A program made the position numbers and the translations under genes. Under the pieces are notes generated by a model. The model was not told the origin of the DNA. It searched no databases and worked only from the letters and a program-made list of their open reading frames with translations. A DNA stretch of 64,000 bases from Eledone cirrhosa (lineage: Eukaryota), in contig OZ024741.1 of the NCBI GenBank assembly GCA_964016885.1, forward strand, positions 86,056,001 through 86,120,000, given 5' to 3'. Positions 39,798-53,469 of this stretch are shown piece after piece; positions within the stretch are counted from its first letter, which is position 1; each line of letters begins with the position of its first letter.

Positions 39798-39999
39798 AAC
39801 AATAAAAATAAAAGTCAGAAACATGTAGTTAATTAGTTTATTGTTTTACGAACGTTTCAGAGAGTTGATTGATCGTGGTAGATCAATATATTGACTAGCT
39901 AGTCAATATATTGATCTACCACGATCAATCAACTCTCTGAAACGTTCGTAAAACAATAAACTAATTAACTACATGTTTCTGACTTTTATTTTCATTGTT
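39798..39999. repeat. Spacer-less ~200-bp palindrome (PLE-end foldback)
   Basis: Centre CTAG|CTAG at 39895-39902; arms match for over 90 bp. Confidence 0.92.
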
Positions 40000-40683
40000 A
40001 CACACACACACACAGATATATATATATATATAATATATAGAACGCTCTTCTTTCCTTTACCTTTTCTACGGAAATACTTAACAGTATAATATACACGTAT
40101 ATATATATAAACGACTCTGTAACTTGAGCAGATTCTTCGTGGAAACCTTACGCGATGAGCACCTATCACAAAACCTATGGGACTCACCACCTAATCTCAC
40201 TGAAACCATCTCTTCAAGGCTACATGGCGTTCTAAGAACGTTATTGGTCCCTCCATAAACAAGTGGAAACCAATATATATATATAGTCCAAACCTGGGGG
40301 GGGGTCTCTTGATAAGCTCTAAGCCTCATGGATAATACCAAGATCGGACATATCCACAAAGTACGAGTGAAATTATCGATAGTCGAGACTAGAGGAATCT
40401 TGGTAAAGTTTATATGCATTTTTTCTTCTAACTTATATTTTAGACTTAGCTCCGTTTAATTGATTATTTGTCTAGTTAATTTCTACGGACTAGGAGGAAA
40501 GACTGGATAAATTTTATCTGACTGTTCCTCGCGGAAAATAGTCTGTGTCGTTTATCTATTATTTCTTCATAGTTACATTTTAAACTTATAACTCCGTTTA
40601 AATGATTATTTATCTAGTTTATTTCTACGGACTAGGGTGAAGAAAGACTGGATATATTTTATCTAATAATTCTTCAAACTTGC

Positions 40684-40748
<65 letters not shown>

Positions 40749-40753
<5 letters not shown>

Positions 40754-41488
40754 CGAAGGGTATTAATAGAAATTAGTTAGAAGGATTTAACATGAATAAT
40801 AGTTGAAATAACAAGTATAATAAAAATAAATGTAATAACGAGAAATCGATAAGAATAGGTGATTTGGTTATATATAGTTTACTTCACGTGAATCAATTAA
40901 AAAGTACATATAAAACAGTTACCAAGTGTTGTTAACGTTGTTATTGTTTCTGATGTGAGGCTGTTGTAGTCTGTTGTTGTTGTTGTTGGTGTGAAAACAG
41001 CGAGCGACAGATAATTGTTGTTGTTGTTGGAATTTGGAGACCGTGGTAGTAGTTGTGAGACTGTAGTTAGTAAGAGAGAAAGAGATATGGTTTGTATATC
41101 TCTGAATGGTCTGTAATTAGTTGTAGACCACTGTGGCTTGTACATGGTCTGTAGGAGTAGGGTTCCAATCGCTCTGGGTATTTCTGTAGAACACTGGGAT
41201 CTGTTGATAGCAGTGAATCCTTACATAGTTAGTTGCTAGCGTAATGCTCCGATGTCTCTGGCTGTAGACTACTGGGGTCTATTGATAGCAGTAAACAGTT
41301 AATTATAGGTGTAATCTCCGATGTTTATCCTTGAGTGGGATAATAGCACAGGCTTTATATACCTGTCGCTTCCTGTCCTCCACCTTGAGGGGATAGTCAA
41401 CACATCAACCTGTCTACACCCAAAAGGTGTTGACCTAGAATTTAACCTTTAGGTATCACCCAAAGTTCAAGGCGCGGACAGATTTCGC

Positions 41489-41492
<4 letters not shown>
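40749..41492 (-). mobile_element. Probable solo LTR, second copy
   Basis: Homologous to 27606-28198 along its length. Confidence 0.7.
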
Positions 41493-41541
<49 letters not shown>

Positions 41542-41774
41542 CGAAAGAAATGTTTTCCCACAGCCACCAAGTAAGTGAACTGCGACCTCGCAGGGAAGAC
41601 AATAGATAAATTTCTCTGATGGTAGGATGTACGGCGCCAATCCTAGGAAGGAGAACATTATCTGGTGCCATCTGTTATCTAACAGTAAAATAACTAATGG
41701 TCATTATAAATAGGTTGTCCTGTGGCCCTAGCACCACTCAGCCCACTACCTCTTCGCCTGTATATATATATAAT

Positions 41775-42248
41775 TTATAATAAACAATACAATATAATTA
41801 CCTCATTACCAGAGGTTTCCCGAATAAGACGAATACAAGAAACGTCCTCATTCGTTAGTCGGACAAGGCAATTTAAAACATAGTGAAATATTTGAAAAAT
41901 CTCCCCAAGAAAGGCAAAAGTTTAACGAGCAAAAAAAATATATAAATAAAAGCAATGCAAGAGATATATAAAAATAAAATAAGGAAATATAGTTAGGTTA
42001 TGTGTATAAATGTGTGTATATTCACTCACAAATGTACATATGTGTGTATGTACAAATGCGTGTGCATAGTGAAAAAATGTGTGCGTAAGTACATATATGA
42101 GGGCAAGCATATCAGTGTATGTGTGACCACAAATACGTATATAATATATGTTAAAAAAGAAATTGTAAGATAATAGAGTGAACGTACATCCATACCCAGG
42201 TACTAAGGATTGAAATATATACACATACAAGTATGAACGCACGCGTAT

Positions 42249-42285
<37 letters not shown>

Positions 42286-42810
42286 CGCGCGCGCGCGAGT
42301 GATATATACAGAGAAGGGAAGGGAGTGTATCAGTCAAAGCAGTGTCAGACTGAAGGTCGATAATATATATAAAAATGAAAAATTAAAAAAATATATGAGA
42401 ATAAAAAAATTAAATCAAAGAGAAAGTAAGAGGGAGGGGTTATCAATTATACAAAACAAACATAGGTTCGTACATACACGTATATATATTAAAATATATA
42501 TATAAATATGTACAGACAAAAGCACATACATGCGTACATACATACAAAGGCGCGCATACATACACACGAAGCACATATATATATATACGTACATGTACAT
42601 CTAATCACACGCACGCACGCGACTATATATATAATTGCCTTGTCCGACTAACGAATGAGGACGTTTCTTGTATTCATCTTATTCGAGAAACCTCTGGTAA
42701 TGAGGTAATTATATTGTATTGTTTATTATACATTAAATTTAGCTCTGGTACTTACATAGAGCATTCTTCACTCCTATGACTTTTTCAATTTTCAACGGAA
42801 ACTTCAATAC
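41775..42810. mobile_element. PLE-like remnant with ~100-bp inverted termini carrying a degenerate HHR
   Basis: 41775-41875 is the reverse complement of 42633-42730. CCTTGT-CCGACTA-(CGAATGAG..CTTATTCG)-GAAA-CCTCTGG-TA-ATGAGG. Confidence 0.65.
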
Positions 42811-43059
42811 TTATATATATATATATATATATATTAAAATAACAGATTAAAGTTTAAGCAAATTATTACTATTATTATTATTATTACTATTATTACTATA
42901 TATATATATATAAATATAAGTATGTATACGTACATACATATATGTATGTACAGTAGTATGTATATATACGCACAGTAGTATGTATATATATACATACATG
43001 CACACATATATATATATGTACGTATGGGTTTACCAAACATTTATTATAATGTTCGGTTT

Positions 43060-43960
43060 GTTTGTAAACAAACAGCCCAAATTACGCCGTACAGTGCTCG
43101 GCAACCATCGGCGATGTTGATCCAGGATTTGCTGGCAGCACCGCCAGGCACATTTTCATATGCGACATTGAGGTCTAAACTCATAAAGCGGACATCCGTC
43201 TTTCAATAGCAACAAATTAATCAGCTGCTTTACTCAGAGGAGTTAGGCGACAAGAAACCGTCACAGTTCTTAAGGTTGGGGAAATACCATAGAGATGGCC
43301 ATCCTAAAACAACTGTTCCTACAAAGGCTACTGCTAGCTACTCCCAGCATTTTGGTAACTAGTAAAGCATCTACCCCAATCGAGGAGCTTGCGGAATCAT
43401 GGAAGTAGCAGCACTACAGTTATTTGTGGCCTAGGAGACACACACCCGCCCACTAATGAGCTCTTTTTTTTTCTTAATTTTCTCCTTCTTCGTCTTCTGT
43501 TTCGGGGGGTGGCATCTCTGGAGGCTCGGATGGAAAATCAAGATGCACAGTTGAGCACACTTATGGCCACGCCAGCCCATCTTGGCGTGCTTTTCATCAG
43601 CGCCCGCGAGATCGGAGTTGTACCCGGACGACCGACCCTATATGCTTTTACCAGTGTAAATTCGGCAGAAGGGCTCGTAAATGCCTATTGCCCTGTTTTT
43701 TTTCGGAGGGACTCTCGTTATGCTCCGGGAAATGACGTGATCAGGCAGTAACGGCGGCAAGTACACTTGGCTCTTTCAAACCTAGTCGTCTGTTTCAAAT
43801 TTTGTCTGGGCTGGTGTGAACTAGGATGTCAGGGAATATGCCAGGCGTTGCGTCCAGTGTTAGAGGCAAAAAGTCACCACCATGTCAGAACTTCTCTGGG
43901 AACCTTAGCAACACCAGATACACGTTTCCATCATGTGCACATCAACATCGTGCATTATCT
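43060..43960 (+). pseudogene. Ty3/Gypsy gag plus integrase fragments
   Basis: YATLRSKLIKRTS..QLLYSEELGDKKPSQFLR, ILKQLFLQRL, CFYQCKFGRRARKC, PDTRFHHVHINIV. Confidence 0.82.
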
Positions 43961-44224
43961 CGTGGATTACTTTACTGATTACAGAAGAGAGTGAAACACA
44001 GTCTCTCGTCAATTTTTGTGCATATTGTCAATTACGATTATATTTGAGGTATCATATCTACATGCATATATATTTGTGTATAATATCAATATGCACACTA
44101 CACATGCTAGCAGAAAACCACCCGAAAGGTGATTTTTCTGCTAGTAATATATAATAAATATATATATAATAAATAAAATCGTCAATTTATATATAAATAA
44201 TATAATATAACTATTATATATGTT

Positions 44225-44770
44225 GAAGCTATGTAGCCGGTAAGAGGCTATATAGCCGGTAAGAGGCTATATAGCCGGTAAGAGGCTATATAGCCGGTGA
44301 GAGGCTATGTAGCAGGTAGAGGCTATGTAGCCGGGGAGAAGCTATATAGCTGGTAAGAGTCTATGTAGCCAGTAAAGGCTATGTAGCCGGTAGAGACTCT
44401 GTAGCCGGTAAGGAACTATATAGCAGGTATGGACTTTGTAGCCGGTAAAGGCTTTATAGCCGGTGGAAACTATGTAGCCGGTAAGAGGCTATGTAGCCGG
44501 TAAGAGGTTATGTAGCCTATATGAGGTTATGAAGCCGGCAAGAGGCTATATAGACAATACAAGTTATGTAGCCGATAAGAGGCTATATAGAAGGTAGAGG
44601 CTATGTAGCCAGTAGTCGCCGTGTAGCCGAAAGAGGTTATGTAGTCGGTAGTTGCTATGCAGCAGGTAAGAGGTTATGTAGCCGGTAGAAGCTATGCAGT
44701 CAGTAAAGGCTATACAGCCAGTAAGAGGCCATAAAGCCGGTACAAGACTATGTAGCTGGTAAAGGTTATA
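44225..44770. repeat. 18-19-bp minisatellite GGCTATRTAGCCGGTAAGA
   Basis: About 28 degenerate units. Confidence 0.92.
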
Positions 44771-44900
44771 AAATCTTACACTCACTCTACAATGCTGCAA
44801 GAGAGACTAGTTAGCTTGGCAACTATATCAATTGAACATACTCTGGATTCATCACTTGGTTTAGCTAAACTTTGCCGAGAAAAAGGCACAGAAAATGAGA
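44765..44900 (+). pseudogene. hAT transposase C-terminal dimerisation-domain remnant
   Basis: KSYTHSTMLQERLVSLATISIEH resembles the hATC motif LRSTMxQERLxxLAxxSIE. Confidence 0.65.
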
Positions 44901-45430
44901 TTTTGAATTGTCTTTCTGTCTGCATTTATCCCTCAGCCAAATTTGGTTTAGGTGTATTATCAGGGGCGGTGGAGGCATTTCTGTATGGGGTGGGGGTGGG
45001 GGCACATTTGGACAATTTAGTTGTAGTGATTAGTTTAGCTCTTTGGTCAGAACACTTGATATGCGATAAACATAACATCTACATAAATTGTAGCGCATAT
45101 CCAAATAGATGTATTTTTGGTAGTTTGGGGAGAAAATATAATTATTGGGGGGGGGGGGGGGGGGGGGGGCATGCTCCCCAACCAGTTCTATCGCCACAGT
45201 ATATAATTAAAAACATTATGCTCTGTGCCCTTTCCTAAGGGGTTAATATATCAAGCTTCTTCGCATTTGGTAAGAAACTGGTATTATACCCAATTTATTC
45301 ATCTCATATATATATATCTGTGTGTGTGTGTGTGTGTTAGGTAATTCCAAAGAAAAAGCAAAGGAAAAAAGAGTGCTCTATGTATAGAACAGAGCTATTT
45401 AATTATATATTGTGTTGTTTACTTTCTAAT

Positions 45431-45432
<2 letters not shown>

Positions 45433-45467
<35 letters not shown>

Positions 45468-45558
45468 TTATATATATATGTATATGTATGTATATATATA
45501 TATATGTATATATATATATGTATATATATATATATGTATATATATGTATATATATATG

Positions 45559-45653
<95 letters not shown>

Positions 45654-45720
45654 GTATATATGTATATATATGTATATATATATATATGTATATATATATA
45701 TGTATATATGTATATATATG

Positions 45721-45751
<31 letters not shown>

Positions 45752-45836
45752 GTATGTATATATATATGTATATATATGTATGTATATATATGTATATATA
45801 TGTATATATATGTATATATATATGTATATATATATG

Positions 45837-45867
<31 letters not shown>

Positions 45868-45892
45868 GTATATATATATGTATATATATATG

Positions 45893-45925
<33 letters not shown>

Positions 45926-45936
45926 GTATATATATG

Positions 45937-45969
<33 letters not shown>

Positions 45970-46256
45970 GTATATATATGTATATATATGTATATATATA
46001 TGTATATATATGTATATATATATGTATATATATGTATATATATATGTATATATATGTATAAATATATATGTATATATATGTATATATATATGTATATATA
46101 TGTATATATATATATATGTATATATATGTATATATATGTATATATACATATATGTATATATATGTATATATATATATATGTATATATGTATATATATATA
46201 TGTATATATGTATATATATATATGTATATATGTATATATATATATATGTATATATG

Positions 46257-46287
<31 letters not shown>

Positions 46288-46530
46288 GTATATATGTATA
46301 TATATATATGTATATATGTATATATATATGTATATATGTATATATGTATGTATATATGTATATATATATGTATATATATGTATATATATGTATATATATA
46401 TGTATATATATGTATATATATATGTATATATATGTATCTATATATGTATATATGTATATATATATGTATATATGTATATATATATGTATATGTATACATA
46501 TATGTATATATATATATGTATATATATATG

Positions 46531-46567
<37 letters not shown>

Positions 46568-46818
46568 GTATATATATATGTATATATATATATGTATATA
46601 TATATATGTATATATATATATATGTGTATATATATATGTGTGTATATATATATATGTATATATATGTGTATATATATATATGTGTGTATATATATGTGTG
46701 TATATATATATGTATATATATATATGTGTGTATATATATATATATGTATATATATATGTGTGTATATATATATGTATATATATGTATATATATGTATATA
46801 TATATATGTATATATATG

Positions 46819-46903
<85 letters not shown>
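45433..46903. repeat. Compound (TA)n/(TATG)n microsatellite, ~1.5 kb
   Basis: Seen directly in the sequence. Confidence 0.98.
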
Positions 46904-46905
<2 letters not shown>

Positions 46906-47120
46906 TCGTTTTTCGTTTATTATGGCTATTGGTGAGCTTTGTTACTCTAAAGTTTCACCTGCGTACTCAAGAGATCACCTGTCTTGTCTGGTGATCCTGT
47001 GAGTACGCAGGGGAGACTCCAGAGTAACAAGGCTTAGCCATAATAAATGAATATTTGAACTCTACTTCGGTATTGAGTTTTCATTCTTACGTCCGTCAAC
47101 AATTCACGTACTCTCAGGTC
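46904..47120 (+). repeat. Diverged foldback palindrome with HHR 3' half (PLE-like end)
   Basis: Arms 46917-46979 and 46990-47047. Left arm reverse complement reads GAAA-CTTTAGAG-TA-ACAAAG. Confidence 0.65.
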
Positions 47121-47474
47121 TTGAATAATCGTCCCCACCCCCACCCCGCTTATTAATTTGTCAGATTGTTTCCACCCACCCCAACCCGGTTTTTATTCCA
47201 TCCCCATTCCACACCCGCTTATTAAATTTTGCTAATCTATCTCCGGCGAAATTTTATTGTAAGTGATTCATATTGATACAGCAGCTGGAGAATCTAATAA
47301 TTATTTCATTTTACGTTAAAAAAAAACTATATATGACAATAGAAGAACATTACAAGAAATCCCATATTTAAGAACGTACACTATATATTTCCAAAGCCAC
47401 CCCACCGCCTTCCTCATCATTATTGTCACCCCTCCTAATATATGGGACCCGAGAGTGCCACCGAATGCTCCTGC

Positions 47475-48522
47475 TCTCTATGGCTATCAAAACTCTCTTC
47501 CAATCCCCCTCTCTAAATCAATTAAAACCAAACTCTCCCCCTCCCTATATCTACCTCACGGAACTCTCTTCCAATCACCCTCTCTATATCAATAAACATC
47601 AATCTCCCCGCCTCTCTACATCAATAAACATCAAACTCTCCTCCTCTCTACACGGAACTCTCTTCCAGTACCCCTCTCTATATCAATAAACATCAACCTC
47701 TTCCCCTCTCTATATCTAATATACAACACTCTCTCCCAATCTCCTCTTTATATCAATTATCACCAAACTATCCCCTTCTCTAAATCTACCATACAACACT
47801 CTCTCTCATTCCATCTCACTCTATCCATCACTACCAAAACCTCTCCCTCTCTATATCTATCAATACCTATCTCTATCAGTCCTTTTCCTCTATTCATTAC
47901 CACCAAACTCTCCCCCTCTCTACATCAACCACACAACAGTCTCTCCCAGTTTCCCCTCTATATCAATTAATACTAAACTCTACCCCTCTCTATATCTACT
48001 ACACGGAACTCTCTTCCAATACCCCTCTCTATATCAATTAACCCTAAATTCTCCCCCTCTCTATATCTACTACACGAAACTCTCCAATACCCCACATTAT
48101 ATCAATTAACACCAAACTCTGCACCTCTCTATATCTATTAGACGGTACTCTCTTCCATTCCACCTCCCTATATCAATAAACATCAATCTCTTCCCCTCTC
48201 TATATCAATTATCACCAAACTATCCCCTTCTCTATATCTACCACACAACACTCTCGTTCATGCCATCACTACCAAACTCTCCATCTCTCTGTCTATCAAT
48301 ATCTATCTCTATCAATCCTATCACTTTATTCATTACCATCAAACTCTTCCCCTCTATATCTACTACACGGAACTCTCTTCAAATTCCTCTCTATATTTCA
48401 ATAAACATCAATCTCTCCTCCTCTCTATATCTAATACACAATACACTCTCTCAACCTTCCTCTCTATATCAATTACCACCAAACTCTCCCCCTCTATATC
48501 TATCTCTCCCATCTGTATCTAC
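47475..48522. repeat. C/T-rich satellite with ~35-bp sub-units in ~70-bp dimers
   Basis: Recurrent TCTCTATATCAATTA..ACCAAACTCTCCCC / TCTCTATATCTAC.ACACGGAACTCTCTTCCAAT. Confidence 0.85.
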
Positions 48523-48689
48523 ATAACATGATTAGTATTGAGGGTCTGTTCAATTGTCCATTGTGTTGTTAGTTCATCACTAATGTTTATCTTTGTTTGT
48601 TTATTCTTGTCTTAATTTTGAAAAAATAGTATTTTTTGGTGGTGTCCGGACATTTGAGCGCAGAGGGATACATTTTTTTAAATTACCTT

Positions 48690-49060
48690 TGGTAAGAGGC
48701 TATGTAGCCAGTAAGAAGCTGTTGCCGGTATGAGGTTATATAGCCGGTATGATCTACGTATACAGTAAGAGGCTACGTAGCCGGTAAGAGGCTATGTAGC
48801 CGTTGGAGGGTATGTAGCCGGTGGAGGATATGTAGCCAGTATGAGGCTTGTATCTTGTATGAGGCTATGTAGCCTGTAAGAAATTATGTAGCCGGTGAAG
48901 CTATGTAGCCGGTAAGGCTATGTAACCGGTAAGAGGCTTAATAGACGGTAGTTGGTATATAGCCGGTAATAGGCTATGTAGCCGGTAGAGGCTATATAGC
49001 CGGTAAAAGATGTGTAGCCGGTAAGATGCTATGTAGTTTGTAAGAAGCCCTGTAGGCGGA
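48690..49060. repeat. Second array of the GGCTATGTAGCCGGTAAGA minisatellite
   Basis: Same unit as 44225-44770. Confidence 0.9.
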
Positions 49061-49099
49061 AAGTACCTAAGACTACATCGTTGGATGCGTTCGTCATTA

Positions 49100-49287
49100 T
49101 GGATTGGCAGTATCGGTAGAGGGTCGGACGCCATGCTTTGACGCATAGAGTTACGGCCCTTGCCATTCTGAGTTCAAATCCCGCCGAGGTTAACTTTGCC
49201 TTTCATCCTTACGGGGTCGATAAAATAAAGTACCAGTAATGCACTGGATAATTGCTGGCCTTGTGCCAAAAATAAAAACAATTATTT
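49100..49287 (+). mobile_element. tRNA-derived SINE (family A)
   Basis: A-box-like TGGCAGTATCGG, B-box GAGTTCAAATCC, core CTTTGCCTTTCATCCTTACGGGGTCGATAAA. Confidence 0.9.
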
Positions 49288-49697
49288 TAAAACGTAGCGA
49301 GTGGGAAATATTTGACTGCTATTTCTAGCTGGTTGTGGGCTATGTAGCCGGTAAGAGTCTATGTTTGCTTTCGGTTTCGGGTTTGCATCTGTTATTCGTT
49401 GGAGGGCGTCCGTTTTTCGTTGGGGGGTCCGTTATTGTTTGGTCGGGGTCCGTTTTTCTTTATATGTGTATGTATATGCATGTGTATAAGTGTGTATTTA
49501 TAGATATGTATGTATGTATGTATGTATATGCACACATGTGGGTGTTTTTGTGTATGTGTGTGGGGTGTGATTATAAAGACCTGACCATTTTGTATACTTT
49601 AACAGCATGTTAACACAGTCACTTAAGAATTTCTTTTTTGTCTGCTTAGCATAATTGAACCTTGAAAAAAAAAAAAAAAGATATATATATATATATA

Positions 49698-50585
49698 CAG
49701 TGGCGGACTGAGTCTAAAAATATTGGTTGCCAGGAGATGAAGGGGGCCCACCTACATATAGAATGCTATCATTTAATTGTTATAATAAATAAATAACATT
49801 TTCAAAAAATACTTAAGTGGAAACAAAACAGTGCAATCAAATTTTTGCGGGAAAATATCTTACCTTCCCCAATAAAAAATATGTATTTTACGAAATCCAG
49901 AGACTTTCAATAATGACCAGAAGTCGACCTTAAATATTACTAATAGCTCTAGGAAAGCCATGAACGACACTACGTTTTTTATCTTTGATTTTGAAAGTAG
50001 GCTTATAAATTATCAATTTTCATTATACTCTTGTAGCTGTCTCGGTGGCCTAGTTGAAGGAATGATAGACGGTGTCGGGTGAAGGGTTCTCGGTAAACCT
50101 TTTCAGTTTTTTCTATTGGTTGTAAAATAAAAACTGAAAAAGGTTACATGTACCTCTTGACCAGGATTGAAACCAAGGCCAGGATCTCCACCGTCTCTAG
50201 TACCTACCGCTAGGCCACAGAGACAACTACGAAAATCTTACGAAAATTCATAGTTATAAACCTACTTTGAAAATTTTCCAAACAAAGTGTTGTGGTGTCG
50301 TTCATGTCTTTCTTAATGTTATTGCTCCTACTTAAGGTCCACTTCTAAAACATTTGGGTGTTCCATAAACTACATCCTCGTCTTGTTCCTCATCTATCTA
50401 GACTATATTTTAACCTGTAATCCATGTTTCATTTCTGTTGCACCTCATTTCTCCCCCCCCCCACTCCCTCTCTCTGTGATACTTTGAATCTACTATGATT
50501 TGGGCTTACCTTATTCCTGTATATGTTTTTGTTTTTTGCATGTCAGTTAGATTCAAACTTACAATGATTGGCATTATATACTGTG

Positions 50586-50640
<55 letters not shown>

Positions 50641-50754
50641 GTAGAACACCGGAAGGTAATATCAATTGTTCTCGGTATGGTGAACTAACTGTTGTATAAC
50701 CACTTCTACGGATATTACCTTCCAGTGTTCTACCACTATCTCTCTCTCTCTCTC

Positions 50755-50827
<73 letters not shown>

Positions 50828-51379
50828 CTGGTGCGTTATGGTCCATCTGGTTCCTTACCACAATTCCTTCGTTATATATATATAACGAAGGAATTGTGGT
50901 ATATATACACCACCTTCACCACTGATTGATTTGACAGATGTCTTTAACCCATTGATACCAAATATTATTTGGTCAGTAGTTCGTGTGTAAGTATTTATAT
51001 ATGTGTGTAAGTATATCTATACATATATATATATATGTGTGTGTGCTTGTGTGTCTGTGTCTATATATGTATGTTTCCATGCATGAATGAATACACTAAG
51101 CTTTAGATTTAGTACAATGTACAACCACTGATTCCAGCTTTCCGTATATTTTGGTTTCTAGTAATTCCCTGCTGAATTGGTTGACCAAATGCTTTGCTTA
51201 ATTGTTTTATTTATTTATTTTTTTAAATTCTTTTTCTTAGATTTCAGGTATTTTTGAAAGCAATTCATTGGCCCCTAAAATACTACAATGGGCCCTGCAA
51301 TGCTACTGTGGGCTCTTGAGATACTACCGTGGCCCCCCGGGGGCCCACTTGCCTTTGGGCAACCTGGTCAGTCCGCCAC

Positions 51380-51381
<2 letters not shown>
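49698..51381. mobile_element. Non-autonomous hAT-like DNA transposon with nested insertions
   Basis: 14-bp terminal inverted repeats CAGTGGCGGACTGA / TCAGTCCGCCACTG; internal GGGGCCC motifs. No clear 8-bp target duplication. Confidence 0.7.
49919..50346. mobile_element. Foldback element with tRNA-like segments in both arms
   Basis: Diverged inverted symmetry along its length (CATGAACGACAC/GTGTCGTTCATG, AAAGTAGG/CCTACTTT, GTGGCCTAG/CTAGGCCAC, TTTTCAGTTTTT/AAAACTGAAAA). Confidence 0.7.
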
Positions 51382-51446
<65 letters not shown>

Positions 51447-51878
51447 TTGTAGACACCTGACCATTTTTGCAAACCTCATCATCCTTTAGCAGAGCATTTT
51501 AATATTGCCACTCAATGAAAACCCTTTGTTTGCTTGGAATAAATGAACCTTAAAATTGGGAGTGCTTGTCAGTGTGTTTGTGTTTGTCTATAGGTACGAA
51601 GCGTGAATTTACTTCTTCTTTTGTATCACTGTGTATAGTTTTTTTTAAAGAATCCCCTTCCTTTAAATCTATCAGCCAATGACCTCCACCCATCCCAGTC
51701 ACCACCCTCTCCTACCACCAGAAAATGTATAAATACCACCATATTTCCTGATGATTTCTTCCGAATGAAACAGTTCTAGTCCTGTAGAAGCCATTTCCAT
51801 ATTTAACATTTATACTTTGCTATGTATTGAATATCTTACTTACTGTGGTTACCCCCGATTGAACCCGGGATAAACACA

Positions 51879-51949
<71 letters not shown>

Positions 51950-53137
51950 GTGTATGTGTGTGTGCGTGTGTGCATATATATATGTGTATATATATGTATC
52001 GTGTGTACCAACAATATCATCCCTTAACGCATCACCATTACTATTGCCGAGACTGATGGCACCACCACCATCATAATTATGACCACACCGACACTTGTCA
52101 CAGTAAAACTATTGTAACACCGTCTACCCTCGCACAAACGTCATTATGAGAAGAGTATCTACGTGGTCGCTCTTTCTGTTTACTAGAAATACCAGCCAAC
52201 AGCAACACCACCATCACCAAAAATGACGTAGTAGTTCTCGGTAAACAAAAAGTCACGGCTGGAAAGCAGAAATGTGGCTAAACACTATTACTATAAACCT
52301 CACCCCTCTCCCCACATACACACACGTATGCACAGACTTTCCAGGCAACAGAACTCTCCACTATCACTACCACCACTCTATCACTGTAGTATAAACTCTA
52401 GTCTCGTCTCCCCCACAACCTCAACTGTCACCACCATCATCCTGCAAGAAACTTCCACGTCATCAGGAACAACATCAACACTACTACAACTATAATCCCC
52501 GATACCGTCTTCACTCTTGTTCTGCAGTTTGTATGCCGTCGCTCATAACCTGCTAGAAATAGCAGCCAAATGCCCTTAATTTATACCCTCCTAACATATT
52601 TTTTATTGTTTTGTTTGAAGGACGAGATCGTACCCCTGGCCTTTGCATACCCTCCGCTGAAAAAAGAAATAAGCTTCGGACAATTTAGTTCTAAGTGAAA
52701 AAAAATCGGGAGTGGCTGAACCCTAGACTTTCAGGTATTTCGCACATCAATGCTTCACCCAACTACAACAAAAAGAGATAAAGCGCTCCTCGTCCCTACG
52801 GGACCCTTAGGTTTTTGAATAGTTAGCCTTATGAATAATACGGTTGTGTTGGAGGGTCACGAGTGGAACGCCTTTGATATGATCATAAATCTCTGTTCTA
52901 TCAGGCTGACTTTGTGGGGCAAACGCAACCATCTATGTTATCACTATCATCTTGAGCCCTATCACTATCACCATAATAAATATCCTCCACCACTATCATA
53001 ATCCCCACCAATACCACCATCATAATTCGCATCGACACTATCATCATAATCCGCATCACTACCTCCTACACCGCCACCATCATAATGCACATCACTGCCT
53101 CCATTACTGCCACCATGCACATCACCACCTCGTTACA

Positions 53138-53335
53138 GTTAATGGTTTCTGATATAGGCACAAGGCCAGCAATTTGGGGGGAGGGGAAAGTCGATTAAAT
53201 CAACCTCAGTGCGTTATTGGTACTTTATTTTATCGACCCGTAAGTGATGAAAGGTAAAGCTAACCTCAGCGGGACTTGAACTCAAGATGTAAAGGGCCGT
53301 AACTCTATGCCACTACCGATACTGCCAATTCACCC
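53138..53335 (-). mobile_element. tRNA-derived SINE (family A)
   Basis: Reverse-complement homology to 49100-49287. Confidence 0.82.
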
Positions 53336-53469
53336 CAGTTTATGACAAAAAGACAGATAGATAAGAGTCACGTGGTTTTGATTCCAATAAGCACCCCTTC
53401 TTCCGGTTATGTGCTTCATCCTCCCATATAAAATAATTTCAATTTGCAATCGGTAAGCTGACGAACCTT

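Noticed and set aside
40078-40419. 113-aa minus-strand ORF between PLE-like ends
   Set aside because: No recognisable motifs; cannot be assigned.
44225-44770. Palindromic short repeats resembling a CRISPR array
   Set aside because: No unique spacers, eukaryotic context and no cas genes.
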